A DNA stretch of 64,000 nt. Origin: a virus. The stretch covers positions 5,524 to 69,523 of IMG/VR virus record IMGVR_UViG_3300032249_001192. One strand, written 5' to 3'. The position numbers and the translations under genes were made by a program. The notes below the pieces were generated by a model. The model was not told the DNA's origin. It searched no databases and saw only the letters and a program-made list of their open reading frames with translations. Shown here in pieces: positions 19,236 through 28,738 of this stretch. Position 1 is the stretch's first letter, and the number at the start of each line of letters is the position of its first letter.

Positions 19236-21015
19236 TAAAAGCTTTGTATGCGTTCAATGCATTCATTTGCATATTCTTTATTTGTTCCGGAGTAATAGAA
19301 AGCAAAATATCTAGTGTTTTTGAGTATTCATTCATGGGTATTCGTATAGAAAAACTTTCCCATTTATATTTATTTAACTTTGGTGGTTCCCAGGTGTCTG
19401 AGTATATTACGGGTATTACTCCTACTGACAGACTCTCCCACACCCTGAGAGTGTTGGGGCCAGCACCTTCTGGACAGAGAGAAAAGATAGAATCGCTAAG
19501 TATTTCGTTATATCTCTTTTGTTGAGACTCTAAGATCTGATTATCTTGATAAGTCCAAGGCATATTTTTTGTTTGGTAATCAAAAACATATTTTTGATAA
19601 AACCATTTATCTGTTAGTTCATATATAAATGGATGCTTTTCAGATTTTAGATTTTCACAATAGTCTTTAAGTTGATATCTAATTTGAGATTTGTGGTGTC
19701 TTGTTACTGATCCAATGAATGAAAACAAATATTTTTTATCATATAAGTTGTACTGCATATTACTATGCTTAAAATTACTAGCAGTTAATTTCCAAGGATG
19801 TATTTGTATATTTTCTATATTAGGTGTTTCTTTTTTATAATGAGAAACATAAAGATCTGTTATTCTTAATTTTTTACAGATAGGGATTATTCTATCCCAA
19901 TGGATGTGCTGACACACCGTGTGTATATTTTTATCTTCTATTTTTTGTATGTTTAGTTCTGTTTTTGTTAGAGTATCAAATACATCTTCTGTGTCTTTAC
20001 CATATACCGTAGCAGTATCTATCAATGAGGCCCATGGAAATCCTATATAGATATTAGAAGGATCTTGGGAATTTATATATAGGTGTTTAATATAAGCATC
20101 TTTTTCTGTTGTAGCAGGATGTTGCCAATTCATATCTTTTGTTAAAAGGATTACGTTTTCTTGCTCAAAATTCAAATTATACCTAGGTCTTCTCTTTGAT
20201 TCTCTGTAGTCAATATGTACACAAAAAATATCTGGATATAAATTAATAAAATCTATGTTGTTATAAACTAAATTATTTTTAAATATTCTATCACAATTTT
20301 CGTAACCTAAAAATAAATTGGTATTGATCTTATTGATATTTTTAAGATTATTTTTAAAAATCCAACAATCTTGAGAATATATATGATTTATTTCTATAGA
20401 GTTTTCTTTATAAAGTTCTTTACTATTGACAATATCTCCATCTTTGGTTAGATCTTTTCTGGTTAAAGTATACATTCTTGTGTCATCAAATTTACAAGAT
20501 TTTAATATCTTAATAGAATCTAATAAATATATGTCAGAGTTAGTTAAAATTTTAATATATTCTGGATAGTGTTCAGAAGAATAGTCTATCCAATATTTAT
20601 ATGTTAGTCTTTCTTCTATTAGAGATGTCGAAACTTTTTCCCAATGAGCTGGTTTAGATTTTAGATTATCTTCACTATTTTTCTCATAGAAGATATGTAT
20701 TTTATCTATATGTTCATTATCTATATTTTTTAGTATACATTTAAACCTATCCCATTCTGTAGACTTATCAAGATACCACTGTAAAAATACTATTATTTTA
20801 TTGTCTTCTGATACGTCTGATATGTAATGAGAGAGTGGATATGTTTTATTTTGACAATAATATTCTCTTTGTTCATACTTTCCGTGGGATAAATAATGTA
20901 TTATGGCATCTTTTTCATTTAGGATTCCAGCATTAACAAGATCTGGATGAATACTAAGATAATACTTCCAGTTAAAGTCTTTTGGTAAATTAGACATTAA
21001 TAATTTTTGTGACAT
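19213..21015 (-). CDS. Multidomain glycosyltransferase with C-terminal exostosin (GT47) domain
   Basis: N-terminal DFNWKYYL..HPDL...HYL.HG motif; middle GT-A-like domain; FSFIGS, FSLCPEGAGPNTLRVWESLSVGVIPVIYSD. Confidence 0.85.
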   Translation of the reverse strand: MSQKLLMSNLPKDFNWKYYLSIHPDLVNAGILNEKDAIIHYLSHGKYEQREYYCQNKTYPLSHYISDVSEDNKIIVFLQWYLDKSTEWDRFKCILKNIDNEHIDKIHIFYEKNSEDNLKSKPAHWEKVSTSLIEERLTYKYWIDYSSEHYPEYIKILTNSDIYLLDSIKILKSCKFDDTRMYTLTRKDLTKDGDIVNSKELYKENSIEINHIYSQDCWIFKNNLKNINKINTNLFLGYENCDRIFKNNLVYNNIDFINLYPDIFCVHIDYRESKRRPRYNLNFEQENVILLTKDMNWQHPATTEKDAYIKHLYINSQDPSNIYIGFPWASLIDTATVYGKDTEDVFDTLTKTELNIQKIEDKNIHTVCQHIHWDRIIPICKKLRITDLYVSHYKKETPNIENIQIHPWKLTASNFKHSNMQYNLYDKKYLFSFIGSVTRHHKSQIRYQLKDYCENLKSEKHPFIYELTDKWFYQKYVFDYQTKNMPWTYQDNQILESQQKRYNEILSDSIFSLCPEGAGPNTLRVWESLSVGVIPVIYSDTWEPPKLNKYKWESFSIRIPMNEYSKTLDILLSITPEQIKNMQMNALNAYKAFNELICFY

Positions 21016-21127
21016 AATATTACTTTATTTATTATTTAGAGAATATTGGTATTAAGTGTAATTTTTCTTCTACAATTCTTTCAATTGATTTACCGCTAAA
21101 CCACTTTATGCTCATGTTATCCTGCTT

Positions 21128-22051
21128 CTATATTCCTACATAAGTATTATGAGCTATTTTTATATATTTTCTAGTATGGCTATTAGAAAGATGATGCCAA
21201 ACTATAGTAAATGAGTTCTCACACCTATGCAATAATCTACCGCATACTTTTATATCTTCTTCTAAAAAAACATACCCATTATATGTGATAGATAAATGTA
21301 GTTTATTTGTTGGAGATTTTGTATTTATAATACGTATTGTTTCATATCTTGAGTAATCAGTTCGAAGATTATGATATTCACATAAATAACCAAATATTCT
21401 TTCTAGACTATGAGAATATGTTCCTCCTTTATTATCTGTGATATAACCAGTTTCCTGCATTAAAAGGGGGTTTAAATAACTTATAGAGTTCTTATTTAAA
21501 AAACTACTATACAGACTACTTTTACTCATAAACATAGTACCAGCAGCAAAAACTCTGCGAGTTATACTGTCTTTGGGTATCTGATAATATTTTAGTATTT
21601 CATTAATTTTACTAGAGTTTGGGCCTTCTTGATTTTTAAAGAGAAGACTACGATGGCTAATTAGACCAATATCTCTGTACTTTTGTAAGCGATTAATATT
21701 ATTGTAAAAATTATTACCATTATTTCCAATTAAAGAATGAAGAAGAATCTTCCTCCATTGTATCTTGTTCATTAACATACTTTTTTTAGAATGAATTTTT
21801 AAAAAGATATCTTGTTTGCAAGAATTGTTAGAAAAATCCTTGATGAACGGTAGAATATCTGCTCCGGCATTTGAGTGTTCACTAATTTGTAGATTTGGGA
21901 ACCCCTGTTCTGCCAAGCTAATTACTTCTTTATTCAAGGTGTCGAGACATAGCCCAAGATGAAGGACAATGTCTTTTTTAACGGGAGATAATACCTTATA
22001 AAACTCATCCCATAAGTCTGTATGATATAACCAGAGATAAACATCAACCAT
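21128..22051 (-). CDS. Rhamnan synthesis protein F (RgpF)-like
   Basis: NAGADILPF, LKIHSKKS, FAAGTMF, HSLERIFG. Confidence 0.8.
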   Translation of the reverse strand: MVDVYLWLYHTDLWDEFYKVLSPVKKDIVLHLGLCLDTLNKEVISLAEQGFPNLQISEHSNAGADILPFIKDFSNNSCKQDIFLKIHSKKSMLMNKIQWRKILLHSLIGNNGNNFYNNINRLQKYRDIGLISHRSLLFKNQEGPNSSKINEILKYYQIPKDSITRRVFAAGTMFMSKSSLYSSFLNKNSISYLNPLLMQETGYITDNKGGTYSHSLERIFGYLCEYHNLRTDYSRYETIRIINTKSPTNKLHLSITYNGYVFLEEDIKVCGRLLHRCENSFTIVWHHLSNSHTRKYIKIAHNTYVGI

Positions 22052-22057
22052 AAAAAA

Positions 22058-22318
22058 CTATTTGATAGGAGATGTTATTTTATTGTAAAGGACAAGGGAT
22101 AATATCGCACCAGCAACACCCATAAAAATACCTGCTGGACTTAAGCTGCTATATTGACCAATCATATATAATACGGCTCCGCCCATGTAAGATCCTGCAA
22201 CTCCTAGAGCTACAGTTTTAACAAAGCCGAAATTTTCTTCGCCGGGAACTAAGCTTTTAGCGATAGAGCCAACGAATAAACCATAAACACACCATACTAA
22301 TATATTAAACATTGGCAT
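22058..22318 (-). CDS. GlsB/YeaQ/YmgE (transglycosylase-associated) membrane protein
   Basis: GLFVGSIAKSLVPG...LGVAGSYMGG...GAILSLVLY, three hydrophobic helices. Confidence 0.85.
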   Translation of the reverse strand: MPMFNILVWCVYGLFVGSIAKSLVPGEENFGFVKTVALGVAGSYMGGAVLYMIGQYSSLSPAGIFMGVAGAILSLVLYNKITSPIK

Positions 22319-22703
22319 TCTCCACTAGGGTTTGAATCTCATCATCCGTGAGAATTTCTCCTGTTTCTAACAAAGCGTTTAGAATACTTAACGAGTATTT
22401 ATCATAATCTTCTTTTTTCATTTCTCTACGAAGAATTTTTTTAATTCTCATTTTTGTAAACCAACCTCTACGCTCGCTAAAAGTATGAAGCTGCTCTCCA
22501 TACATTAAATATTTATCTTGTGCTGTAGATTGAGATGTTAATTTATTTTTATTGCACTCTTGGAGTATTCTTACGCAAGTTAAAATTATGCTAATAATCA
22601 TTAAAATAGTAACAATAGCGAATCCATAATTGTCTTCTTTGGGTACTCTAGACTTTTCTAAAACTTTAATAGCTATAGCTTTGAGTTTTTCATTATCAGC
22701 CAT
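22305..22703 (-). CDS. Single-pass membrane protein
   Basis: FAIVTILMIISIILTCV transmembrane segment. Confidence 0.65.
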   Translation of the reverse strand: MADNEKLKAIAIKVLEKSRVPKEDNYGFAIVTILMIISIILTCVRILQECNKNKLTSQSTAQDKYLMYGEQLHTFSERRGWFTKMRIKKILRREMKKEDYDKYSLSILNALLETGEILTDDEIQTLVENANV

Positions 22704-22708
22704 AGTAT

Positions 22709-23083
22709 TTATCTCCTTGGTGTTTTAGGAATTGGACAGTTTCCGTCTGGGCAATTTATTGGAGCTGAGTATATCTTGATTGGAGGAGCTGGCGGATTAA
22801 TCGATTTGATTGGTCCCACAGAAAGAGAACCTTTATCAACTTCACAATATGTACAATCAATTTTTAGAATATCATCACCGCTTATATAGTATCCCTTACC
22901 CTTGCAAACCGGGCAGTCTTTTCTTTTATACTTTTGGGTGACTTCCTGTACATGCTTGGCTTTAATAATGCCTCCAGCAAGTGTTACTGGCGCTGTTGTA
23001 GAGCCATAGTAACGAGAGTCGGCGAATAACAAACTAATACAGAACAAACTGATAAATAGCTTATTCATTTTTGTTCTCTCCAT
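22709..23083 (-). CDS. Exported protein with DnaJ-type zinc finger
   Basis: Signal-like MNKLFISLFCISLLFA; CPVCKGKG...CTYC; C-terminal CPDGNCP. Confidence 0.6.
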   Translation of the reverse strand: MERTKMNKLFISLFCISLLFADSRYYGSTTAPVTLAGGIIKAKHVQEVTQKYKRKDCPVCKGKGYYISGDDILKIDCTYCEVDKGSLSVGPIKSINPPAPPIKIYSAPINCPDGNCPIPKTPRR

Positions 23084-23253
23084 GGTAATATATTGTCTAC
23101 CAAATCTCTCAAAGGTCTTTTGGGCTTTGGTTTTACTGGACCATCTGGTTTGTTCTCAGGAGTACTTTTATCAAACATCTTAATAATAGTTAAGATAAAG
23201 TCTAAAAGCATTTTTACTGCTCTGTTGAGAGCTATTCTATCTATTAATTTCAT
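23065..23253 (-). CDS. Small hypothetical protein
   Basis: 62 aa, amphipathic N-terminus; preceded by GGTGTA motif. Confidence 0.55.
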   Translation of the reverse strand: MKLIDRIALNRAVKMLLDFILTIIKMFDKSTPENKPDGPVKPKPKRPLRDLVDNILPWREQK

Positions 23254-23292
23254 AGAAATAATCTCTGTAGAAAGGAAGGATTATAGTATATA

Positions 23293-23298
23293 TACACC
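23293..23298 (-). promoter_or_regulatory. GGTGTA motif
   Basis: TTGGTGTATATA in intergenic gap. Confidence 0.55.
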
Positions 23299-23332
23299 AA
23301 TTTCCATCCTTGATTATTTTACTTAGATTATT

Positions 23333-24256
23333 TTATAGATAATCTTCAAAACCGTAGCTCGGTAGTTTTTGTAGTGGAAAACCGTCAAATCCACTAAAAA
23401 CATAAGAACCATTGGCTGATAACATTCCAGCAGCTACATCGGCATGAATTAGGAAAGACCCCTCTGGGATAGGACCCCATTCTGGATGTCCTCCATCATT
23501 CCATTTACCCCAGCTATTTTGGACCAGAAAAGCTGGTTCGCTACCAGTATCATCACATGCTATCCAAGCCATACAATGGGCCCAGTTACCAGATGTTCTA
23601 GCAAATCCCTTTTTATCTCTAGTATTACTAAATCCATAATTAGAACATACTGCTAATCCATAACCATTAGCGAGAGCATCACGAGCTTCTTCTACTGTTC
23701 TAATTAGTGAAGCAGTCTTAATTTGATGATCGTTAGAAAGATCTAATACTTTATCGGGTAGACCCCTACCACCCCATCCTGCTCCTAAATTACCATTATA
23801 TTTACTAAAGTCTACAAAACCATAATTCTTTCTCACTACAAGACCACCAACCTTACTAACAAATTCAGCTGCTCTGGCGCAACTCATACCCTGTCCACTA
23901 AAACCTCTGTATCCATAGATAGCTTCTGTTGCTCCTCTTGCTATCCAATCCTCTCTCTCGTTATGTATATCTATTTCTACGGCTCGGGTTACATCACAAG
24001 CGTTTCGCGTTCCGTGACTAACACAATCGCCAGTAGTTTGTCTTTCATTATAAGGATGTTTGTCAAACTTTAACACACTCTTGTATGGTGTTGAAAGCTT
24101 ACCTTTACCGCTACCATTAATTCTTTTACTAGCATCTCCAAATAATGGATACTTAGAAGTTTCCATCAGATGATTGAACACATGCTCTTCCCATAAGCAT
24201 CCGCTGAATCCTTTGCGATAATTATCGTATAGTTCTTTTGGGGATAGTTTTGGCAT
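23333..24256 (-). CDS. Papain-like (C1) cysteine peptidase
   Basis: QTTGDCVSHG (oxyanion Gln, catalytic Cys), WAHCM (His), VQNSWG (Asn). Confidence 0.88.
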   Translation of the reverse strand: MPKLSPKELYDNYRKGFSGCLWEEHVFNHLMETSKYPLFGDASKRINGSGKGKLSTPYKSVLKFDKHPYNERQTTGDCVSHGTRNACDVTRAVEIDIHNEREDWIARGATEAIYGYRGFSGQGMSCARAAEFVSKVGGLVVRKNYGFVDFSKYNGNLGAGWGGRGLPDKVLDLSNDHQIKTASLIRTVEEARDALANGYGLAVCSNYGFSNTRDKKGFARTSGNWAHCMAWIACDDTGSEPAFLVQNSWGKWNDGGHPEWGPIPEGSFLIHADVAAGMLSANGSYVFSGFDGFPLQKLPSYGFEDYL

Positions 24257-24747
24257 TATTTTGACCCCAGATTACAAGCCCAAGCTAAAGCATTAAGACC
24301 TTCTACAGCTTTAACTCTTAGCTCTTTGGATAATAGAATTTGATCATCGCCAATTGAAGCAACAACTACTTCTTTTGCTTCTTTTGCTAGATCAGGATAC
24401 TTGCCCTTAATATCTAGTCTAAGCATAACACCAGCTAAACTATTAGCTTGACGAATTTCTTCAGTACTTTTAACTACTTCATCTTCTCCATCAAGCTCAA
24501 CCAGTTTTGCCAGATCAAGATACAGGTCTCGTAGTCTTTTAGCATCTACTTTTGCTCCAGATTCTTTTAATACCAGAACAACATCATCGGCTTCTTTTTT
24601 GACAACTTCATCTGTTGGTGTTGGTAATTCGAGAACATCTACTACAGATGGTCTAGGATTAAGCACATTAGAAAATTCTGGTTTTAATAGTCCTAGAAGA
24701 ATTAACAAACCGCCTAGTGCTAGTAATACTTTTTTATCAATACTCAT
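24256..24747 (-). CDS. N-terminally membrane-anchored protein
   Basis: KKVLLALGGLLILLGLL anchor followed by a helical domain. Confidence 0.65.
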   Translation of the reverse strand: MSIDKKVLLALGGLLILLGLLKPEFSNVLNPRPSVVDVLELPTPTDEVVKKEADDVVLVLKESGAKVDAKRLRDLYLDLAKLVELDGEDEVVKSTEEIRQANSLAGVMLRLDIKGKYPDLAKEAKEVVVASIGDDQILLSKELRVKAVEGLNALAWACNLGSK

Positions 24748-25136
24748 GATACTTTATCCTCATTTTGTTTACTACATACGTTCGGACTTAAATATGGAAA
24801 CATTTGATCAGCAACCTTAACTGCTTCAGAACAACCACTCTGAACAGCCAAGTCGCGGGTTTGTTTCCACGAAACCACTAGCTTAAAAAAGGTATCTTCA
24901 GCATCAGTTCTTTTGGGAACAACTACCGGAGAAACTGATGGAACATGAACTACGGGTAAAGAAGTATCAGCAGAACCACCTTTAAATTTTTCAATAAGAC
25001 CAGCTATTAGTTTTTGTACTGGACTAAGTTTATCCTTAAATAAAACCCATAGTACAAGACCAACACCGGCATAAAGAGCCAAATCCGTTGTGCTCAGTTT
25101 ACTACTAAATTCTTGAAAGCTCTCTGTAAAATTCAT
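24744..25136 (-). CDS. Single-pass membrane protein
   Basis: LALYAGVGLVLWVLF transmembrane segment. Confidence 0.65.
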   Translation of the reverse strand: MNFTESFQEFSSKLSTTDLALYAGVGLVLWVLFKDKLSPVQKLIAGLIEKFKGGSADTSLPVVHVPSVSPVVVPKRTDAEDTFFKLVVSWKQTRDLAVQSGCSEAVKVADQMFPYLSPNVCSKQNEDKVS

Positions 25137-25146
25137 TTTATTTTCC

Positions 25147-25572
25147 TTATTTATCTGACACTTTTGGAGTATTATCTATGACGGGATCAACTTTATAACT
25201 AGGATCAACAAAAATTCCACTATTTCTAAAAGTGGTAACTAGAGCATCAATTGTTGCGCTGACCAATAGCATGAGTATTTGTTTAACATACTTCTGTATA
25301 ATAGGCTGTAAAACTTGGGGCACAAATGGAAAATTTATTATTGTAAATACTTGATCATAAAACTTAGAAATCATACCCATAGCAAGTGTTTTTTTATCAA
25401 CCCCTTTAAGAGAGGGGTTATTATCTTCTACTGTTTGAATAACTTCAGCTGTAGCTAGTTGCAATACTTTCCATGCTTGTGGCATTGCTACGGCTTTTGC
25501 ATTTTTAAGTATTTCTTTGGCTTTAACTACTAAATTCCCAAGATCATTTACTGGTAGGTTTTGGTTTTCCAT
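25147..25572 (-). CDS. Hypothetical protein (amphipathic)
   Basis: 141 aa ORF in membrane module. Confidence 0.6.
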   Translation of the reverse strand: MENQNLPVNDLGNLVVKAKEILKNAKAVAMPQAWKVLQLATAEVIQTVEDNNPSLKGVDKKTLAMGMISKFYDQVFTIINFPFVPQVLQPIIQKYVKQILMLLVSATIDALVTTFRNSGIFVDPSYKVDPVIDNTPKVSDK

Positions 25573-25888
25573 TTGTTTTTCTCTTTTTTCTTACTGTTAC
25601 TGGTTTATCGTTCTTTCTATTTGCTTCTTTTCTTTCTTGTGGAGTTGCTGTGTTCCACCAAGTCTTTTTAAGGTCTGTTCTTCCATTAATGTATTTAAAT
25701 AATACAGTTAATTGCCCTATAACAAGAATTGTTGCTTCTAGTCCTCTAGTAGTTTCTTGAATTAGATCTTCTTTTTGAGAATTTTCTCCAATAATTCCCA
25801 CCAGATATAAACCACTAAATACAAAACTAACTACTGTGAACCAAAATTCACTTGTTCTATAGCCGGGTTTTACCATTTTAAGCTCCAA
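25544..25888 (-). CDS. Holin-like two-helix membrane protein
   Basis: KPGYRTSEFW followed by two hydrophobic helices and a basic C-terminal tail. Confidence 0.55.
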   Translation of the reverse strand: MELKMVKPGYRTSEFWFTVVSFVFSGLYLVGIIGENSQKEDLIQETTRGLEATILVIGQLTVLFKYINGRTDLKKTWWNTATPQERKEANRKNDKPVTVRKKRKTNGKPKPTSK

Positions 25889-25918
25889 TTAAAGATAGTA
25901 GTAATTACTAGAGTAATA

Positions 25919-25924
25919 TACACC
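25919..25924 (-). promoter_or_regulatory. GGTGTA motif
   Basis: TTGGTGTATATT in intergenic gap upstream of the membrane module. Confidence 0.55.
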
Positions 25925-25933
25925 AATTTATAA

Positions 25934-26554
25934 TTAGGCATTTTGATCAACAAATCCGAAACAAACTGTGCAATAATTTTCACTAACAGTATAATTAAAA
26001 GTTACAGTAGTTACAATCCCATCTATTCGAATTATATTATATCCTTCTTCTCCGGTAAACTGAGAATATTGTGTAGCATTTACTGGATTTTGATATGTTG
26101 TACTTGTGCCCCAAATCGGAGTAAATGGAGAAGATATTTGTACTGGAACAGGGGTGCCTCCTTGACCAACGCTAGCAAATGCAACCAATGCATCATTAAC
26201 AGGTTGGCTGAAAGTTGCAGTGAAGATGCCTGCTTGGGTATTTTTTATTTGAGTTCCATTAAGTGGCACGCCATATGATTCAGGAAAAGTTGTTGCTCCA
26301 ACCATACCAGTATGGGCATCCATACCTCCACCAGTTTGTGTGATAGAGATCGTTATATTGTTTTGACCAATTCCAGAAGCAGTACTAGAAGTAACAGAAC
26401 TTATATTCATCCACTGAAAACCAGAGGTGCCGAAACCTGTTCTTTCAAAGACTAAATTATTTCCTAAAAAAGCTTTAGAAATATCTCTATTTCTTAGCTT
26501 AATAGAAGTTATGTTAGAGTTACTTAAAAATATATCACTGTTTACTGTTGGCAT
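25934..26554 (-). CDS. Putative virion fibre-associated protein
   Basis: N-terminal SIKLRNRDISKAFLGNNLVF motif typical of fibre-associated proteins; beta-rich Ser/Thr/Gly body. Confidence 0.5.
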   Translation of the reverse strand: MPTVNSDIFLSNSNITSIKLRNRDISKAFLGNNLVFERTGFGTSGFQWMNISSVTSSTASGIGQNNITISITQTGGGMDAHTGMVGATTFPESYGVPLNGTQIKNTQAGIFTATFSQPVNDALVAFASVGQGGTPVPVQISSPFTPIWGTSTTYQNPVNATQYSQFTGEEGYNIIRIDGIVTTVTFNYTVSENYCTVCFGFVDQNA

Positions 26555-26566
26555 ACAAATTTATCC

Positions 26567-26827
26567 TTAGCCATTAACTATATATAGGGTATTAGGATCT
26601 TTTGTAGCAAGAGCGTCGTAGTTGCTCTGAGAAATACTAATCATATTTGTTATACGACTAGAATTATTAACTAAGCTAGTATTACTTTGAACCAACCCAG
26701 AATGAAGAACGGATACCGGAACTTTTTTTGTTAAAGCAGATCCGGCTGGGTCATCCATAATTAGAAATATATCATCACTAGTCAACCCACTAGCTGCTGG
26801 AAATTCATTGATACGTTTTATACTCAT
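26567..26827 (-). CDS. Short tail-fibre-type structural protein
   Basis: KRINEFPAASGLTSDDIFLIMD...TKK fibre N-terminal motif and ISQSNYDALATKDPNTLYIV C-terminal motif. Confidence 0.6.
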   Translation of the reverse strand: MSIKRINEFPAASGLTSDDIFLIMDDPAGSALTKKVPVSVLHSGLVQSNTSLVNNSSRITNMISISQSNYDALATKDPNTLYIVNG

Positions 26828-27040
26828 TTAACCACCTATTACTGTTTGGTCGCCAACTAATTGAACAAAAATACCATTATAGAATCTATTATCATATTTT
26901 GTTTCAATATCACTAATTGTTGGGGTATTTTTAACATATGTGTCGATTGTGGAGTATTCTCCAGTAACTGTTGTTGTTACAACAATTGTTCCGTTTTTTA
27001 CCTGATTAGCACTAATTGCTTTATTTATATCGTTTGCCAT
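26828..27040 (-). CDS. Small putative structural protein
   Basis: 70 aa beta-rich ORF in the same unit. Confidence 0.5.
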   Translation of the reverse strand: MANDINKAISANQVKNGTIVVTTTVTGEYSTIDTYVKNTPTISDIETKYDNRFYNGIFVQLVGDQTVIGG

Positions 27041-27043
27041 AAA

Positions 27044-27415
27044 TTACCTTTCTATTCTATCTTCTAGGGTTTCTAGAGTTTTACCAAGCATTGCTATTTG
27101 AATTTTCAGTTCTGTCATAACTTCTGTATTTCTTTGAAGAGCCAGCGCGAAAGCTGCTTGACTTTCTTTATTAGAAGCTAATCTTTCCATAATAAATTGC
27201 TTATCATGAAGGTATGGAGATTGTGTCTCTATCATAACCAAAACCTCTGATTTAGTTGCCATATTTCTTCCTATTGCTACCCAAAAACCAACCATAGTAA
27301 CAATTATACCAATACTGGTGGTTGCAATATTTTCCCAGAAATGAATAATGGTTTCAGACATATGAAGCCCTTTATGATATTTGTGGAAAGTTTTATTTCC
27401 ATACATATAATACAC
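27044..27415 (-). CDS. Membrane protein with coiled-coil tail
   Basis: IATTSIGIIVTMVGFWVAI transmembrane segment; real start probably MSETII (~27361). Confidence 0.6.
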   Translation of the reverse strand: MYYMYGNKTFHKYHKGLHMSETIIHFWENIATTSIGIIVTMVGFWVAIGRNMATKSEVLVMIETQSPYLHDKQFIMERLASNKESQAAFALALQRNTEVMTELKIQIAMLGKTLETLEDRIER

Positions 27416-27416
27416 C
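27411..27416 (-). promoter_or_regulatory. GGTGTA motif immediately after a terminator
   Basis: ATAGGTGTATTAT directly downstream of the terminator U-tract. Confidence 0.6.
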
Positions 27417-27419
27417 TAT

Positions 27420-27452
27420 AAAAAAAGAACCAGAAAGATGATTCCTGGTTCT
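27420..27452 (-). terminator. Rho-independent terminator
   Basis: Minus strand AGAACCAGGA-loop-TTCTGGTTCT followed by a T run. Confidence 0.75.
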
Positions 27453-27480
27453 CTTATTATTGGTAGAATTTGATTAACTA

Positions 27481-28023
27481 TTAGCCATTTTTAGCTGGAT
27501 AGTTTTTTGCAACAGCAACGGGAGCGCCACTCTTGAATCTCATAGAGCCAGGAACGCTTCTGGTTGGACTAGCAGCGTTATCTGTGCCTGGATTTTCTGT
27601 AACTGGTGTTGGGTTAGTTGTAAACTTCCCAGTATAAAGACTAAAATAGCCAGCTCTAAAAGCAGTTGCAGTACCGGGTGATCTGTAGCTTTCTCTCTTG
27701 TTAATACTTCTCAATTGACCTGGAACATTGGCTGTAGTCGATAGAGCACTACTAGCAACTCCACCAAGTTCTGCGGTTACTTTAGCAGTAATCGGCTTAA
27801 CATGATTGTGGGCGATAGTGCCTGCAGAAACGGCTTTATCTGTGTAATCTCCATTAATAACTGTTGAACCAAAAACACCAACATCTACTGATCCTAGTGG
27901 ACGATTCTCTAAAATAGAAGATGCTGTTCCGATGCTTTTAGCAGTACCGTGATTGTTATTTGTAGAGCTACCACTCCAGTATGTGCCTGTTGAGGCTGCT
28001 CCACCTTGTTGAATTGTAGCCAT
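27481..28023 (-). CDS. Putative abundant virion structural protein
   Basis: Ala/Gly/Ser/Thr-rich; monocistronic between a GGTGTA motif plus GGAG RBS and a terminator. Confidence 0.55.
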   Translation of the reverse strand: MATIQQGGAASTGTYWSGSSTNNNHGTAKSIGTASSILENRPLGSVDVGVFGSTVINGDYTDKAVSAGTIAHNHVKPITAKVTAELGGVASSALSTTANVPGQLRSINKRESYRSPGTATAFRAGYFSLYTGKFTTNPTPVTENPGTDNAASPTRSVPGSMRFKSGAPVAVAKNYPAKNG

Positions 28024-28077
28024 TTGTAAAACTCCATGAAAATTAAGGAAAAGACAAGTATATACTTATTATTCGTA

Positions 28078-28083
28078 TACACC
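28078..28083 (-). promoter_or_regulatory. GGTGTA motif
   Basis: TTAGGTGTATAC in intergenic gap. Confidence 0.55.
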
Positions 28084-28096
28084 TAAAAACAAAGAA

Positions 28097-28738
28097 TTAG
28101 CTATTTATTAGCTGTAAACCGTTTAGGGAATTTATTCTTAGACCGTATAATTGGTTATTTTTAATCATTTTTAAGTGATTATTGTTCCAAAAATTACTAT
28201 TGCAAATAATATTGATATTAGGCACTTTTTTATTAATTAAAGCAGATGCTATGATATTGTCACTAATATCGTCTAGGGAGTACCCGGTAGAAGGATAAAT
28301 TATTTGAACATTAAAGTCATACAAAATTTGAGCTACTTTGTATAATAACTCATAAGAATATTGTCTATATTCTAAAACATATCTTAGTTCAACATTTACA
28401 GAAGAACATAGATTTGTTAACTGTTTAATATCATCTCTAAATTTATCATATTTTCTGTTACATAATAATTGAGCTGGACAAACTGCTTCAATTATATCAA
28501 CATTATTTTTTAAACAAAAGTCAACAACAGATAGTCTAGATTTTATATCCAGTACCCCCAGAGGGTAATCAATCGGGCAAGAGACCTTCATAGTATTAGA
28601 TACCATAGACTTTATAAGTTTAGAATATGGTGGTAATACAGATATTGTCTGTATATTGTGTTTAAGGGCTTCTGTTAAATTCTTTTGAATTTCTGTATCA
28701 TTTGAAGCGATATCATAGTATGAATATTCTAATAGCAT
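28097..28738 (-). CDS. Degenerate deoxyribose-phosphate aldolase (DeoC-like TIM barrel)
   Basis: CPIDYPLG (cf. TVIGFPLG), LRYVLE (cf. KVIIE), IYPSTG (cf. VKTSTG): fold motifs present, Schiff-base Lys absent. Confidence 0.7.
   Translation of the reverse strand: MLLEYSYYDIASNDTEIQKNLTEALKHNIQTISVLPPYSKLIKSMVSNTMKVSCPIDYPLGVLDIKSRLSVVDFCLKNNVDIIEAVCPAQLLCNRKYDKFRDDIKQLTNLCSSVNVELRYVLEYRQYSYELLYKVAQILYDFNVQIIYPSTGYSLDDISDNIIASALINKKVPNINIICNSNFWNNNHLKMIKNNQLYGLRINSLNGLQLINS

Noticed and set aside
21032-21115. 27 aa minus-strand micro-ORF (MSIKWFSGK...) in the gap between GT genes
   Set aside because: Too short to support; may be a remnant
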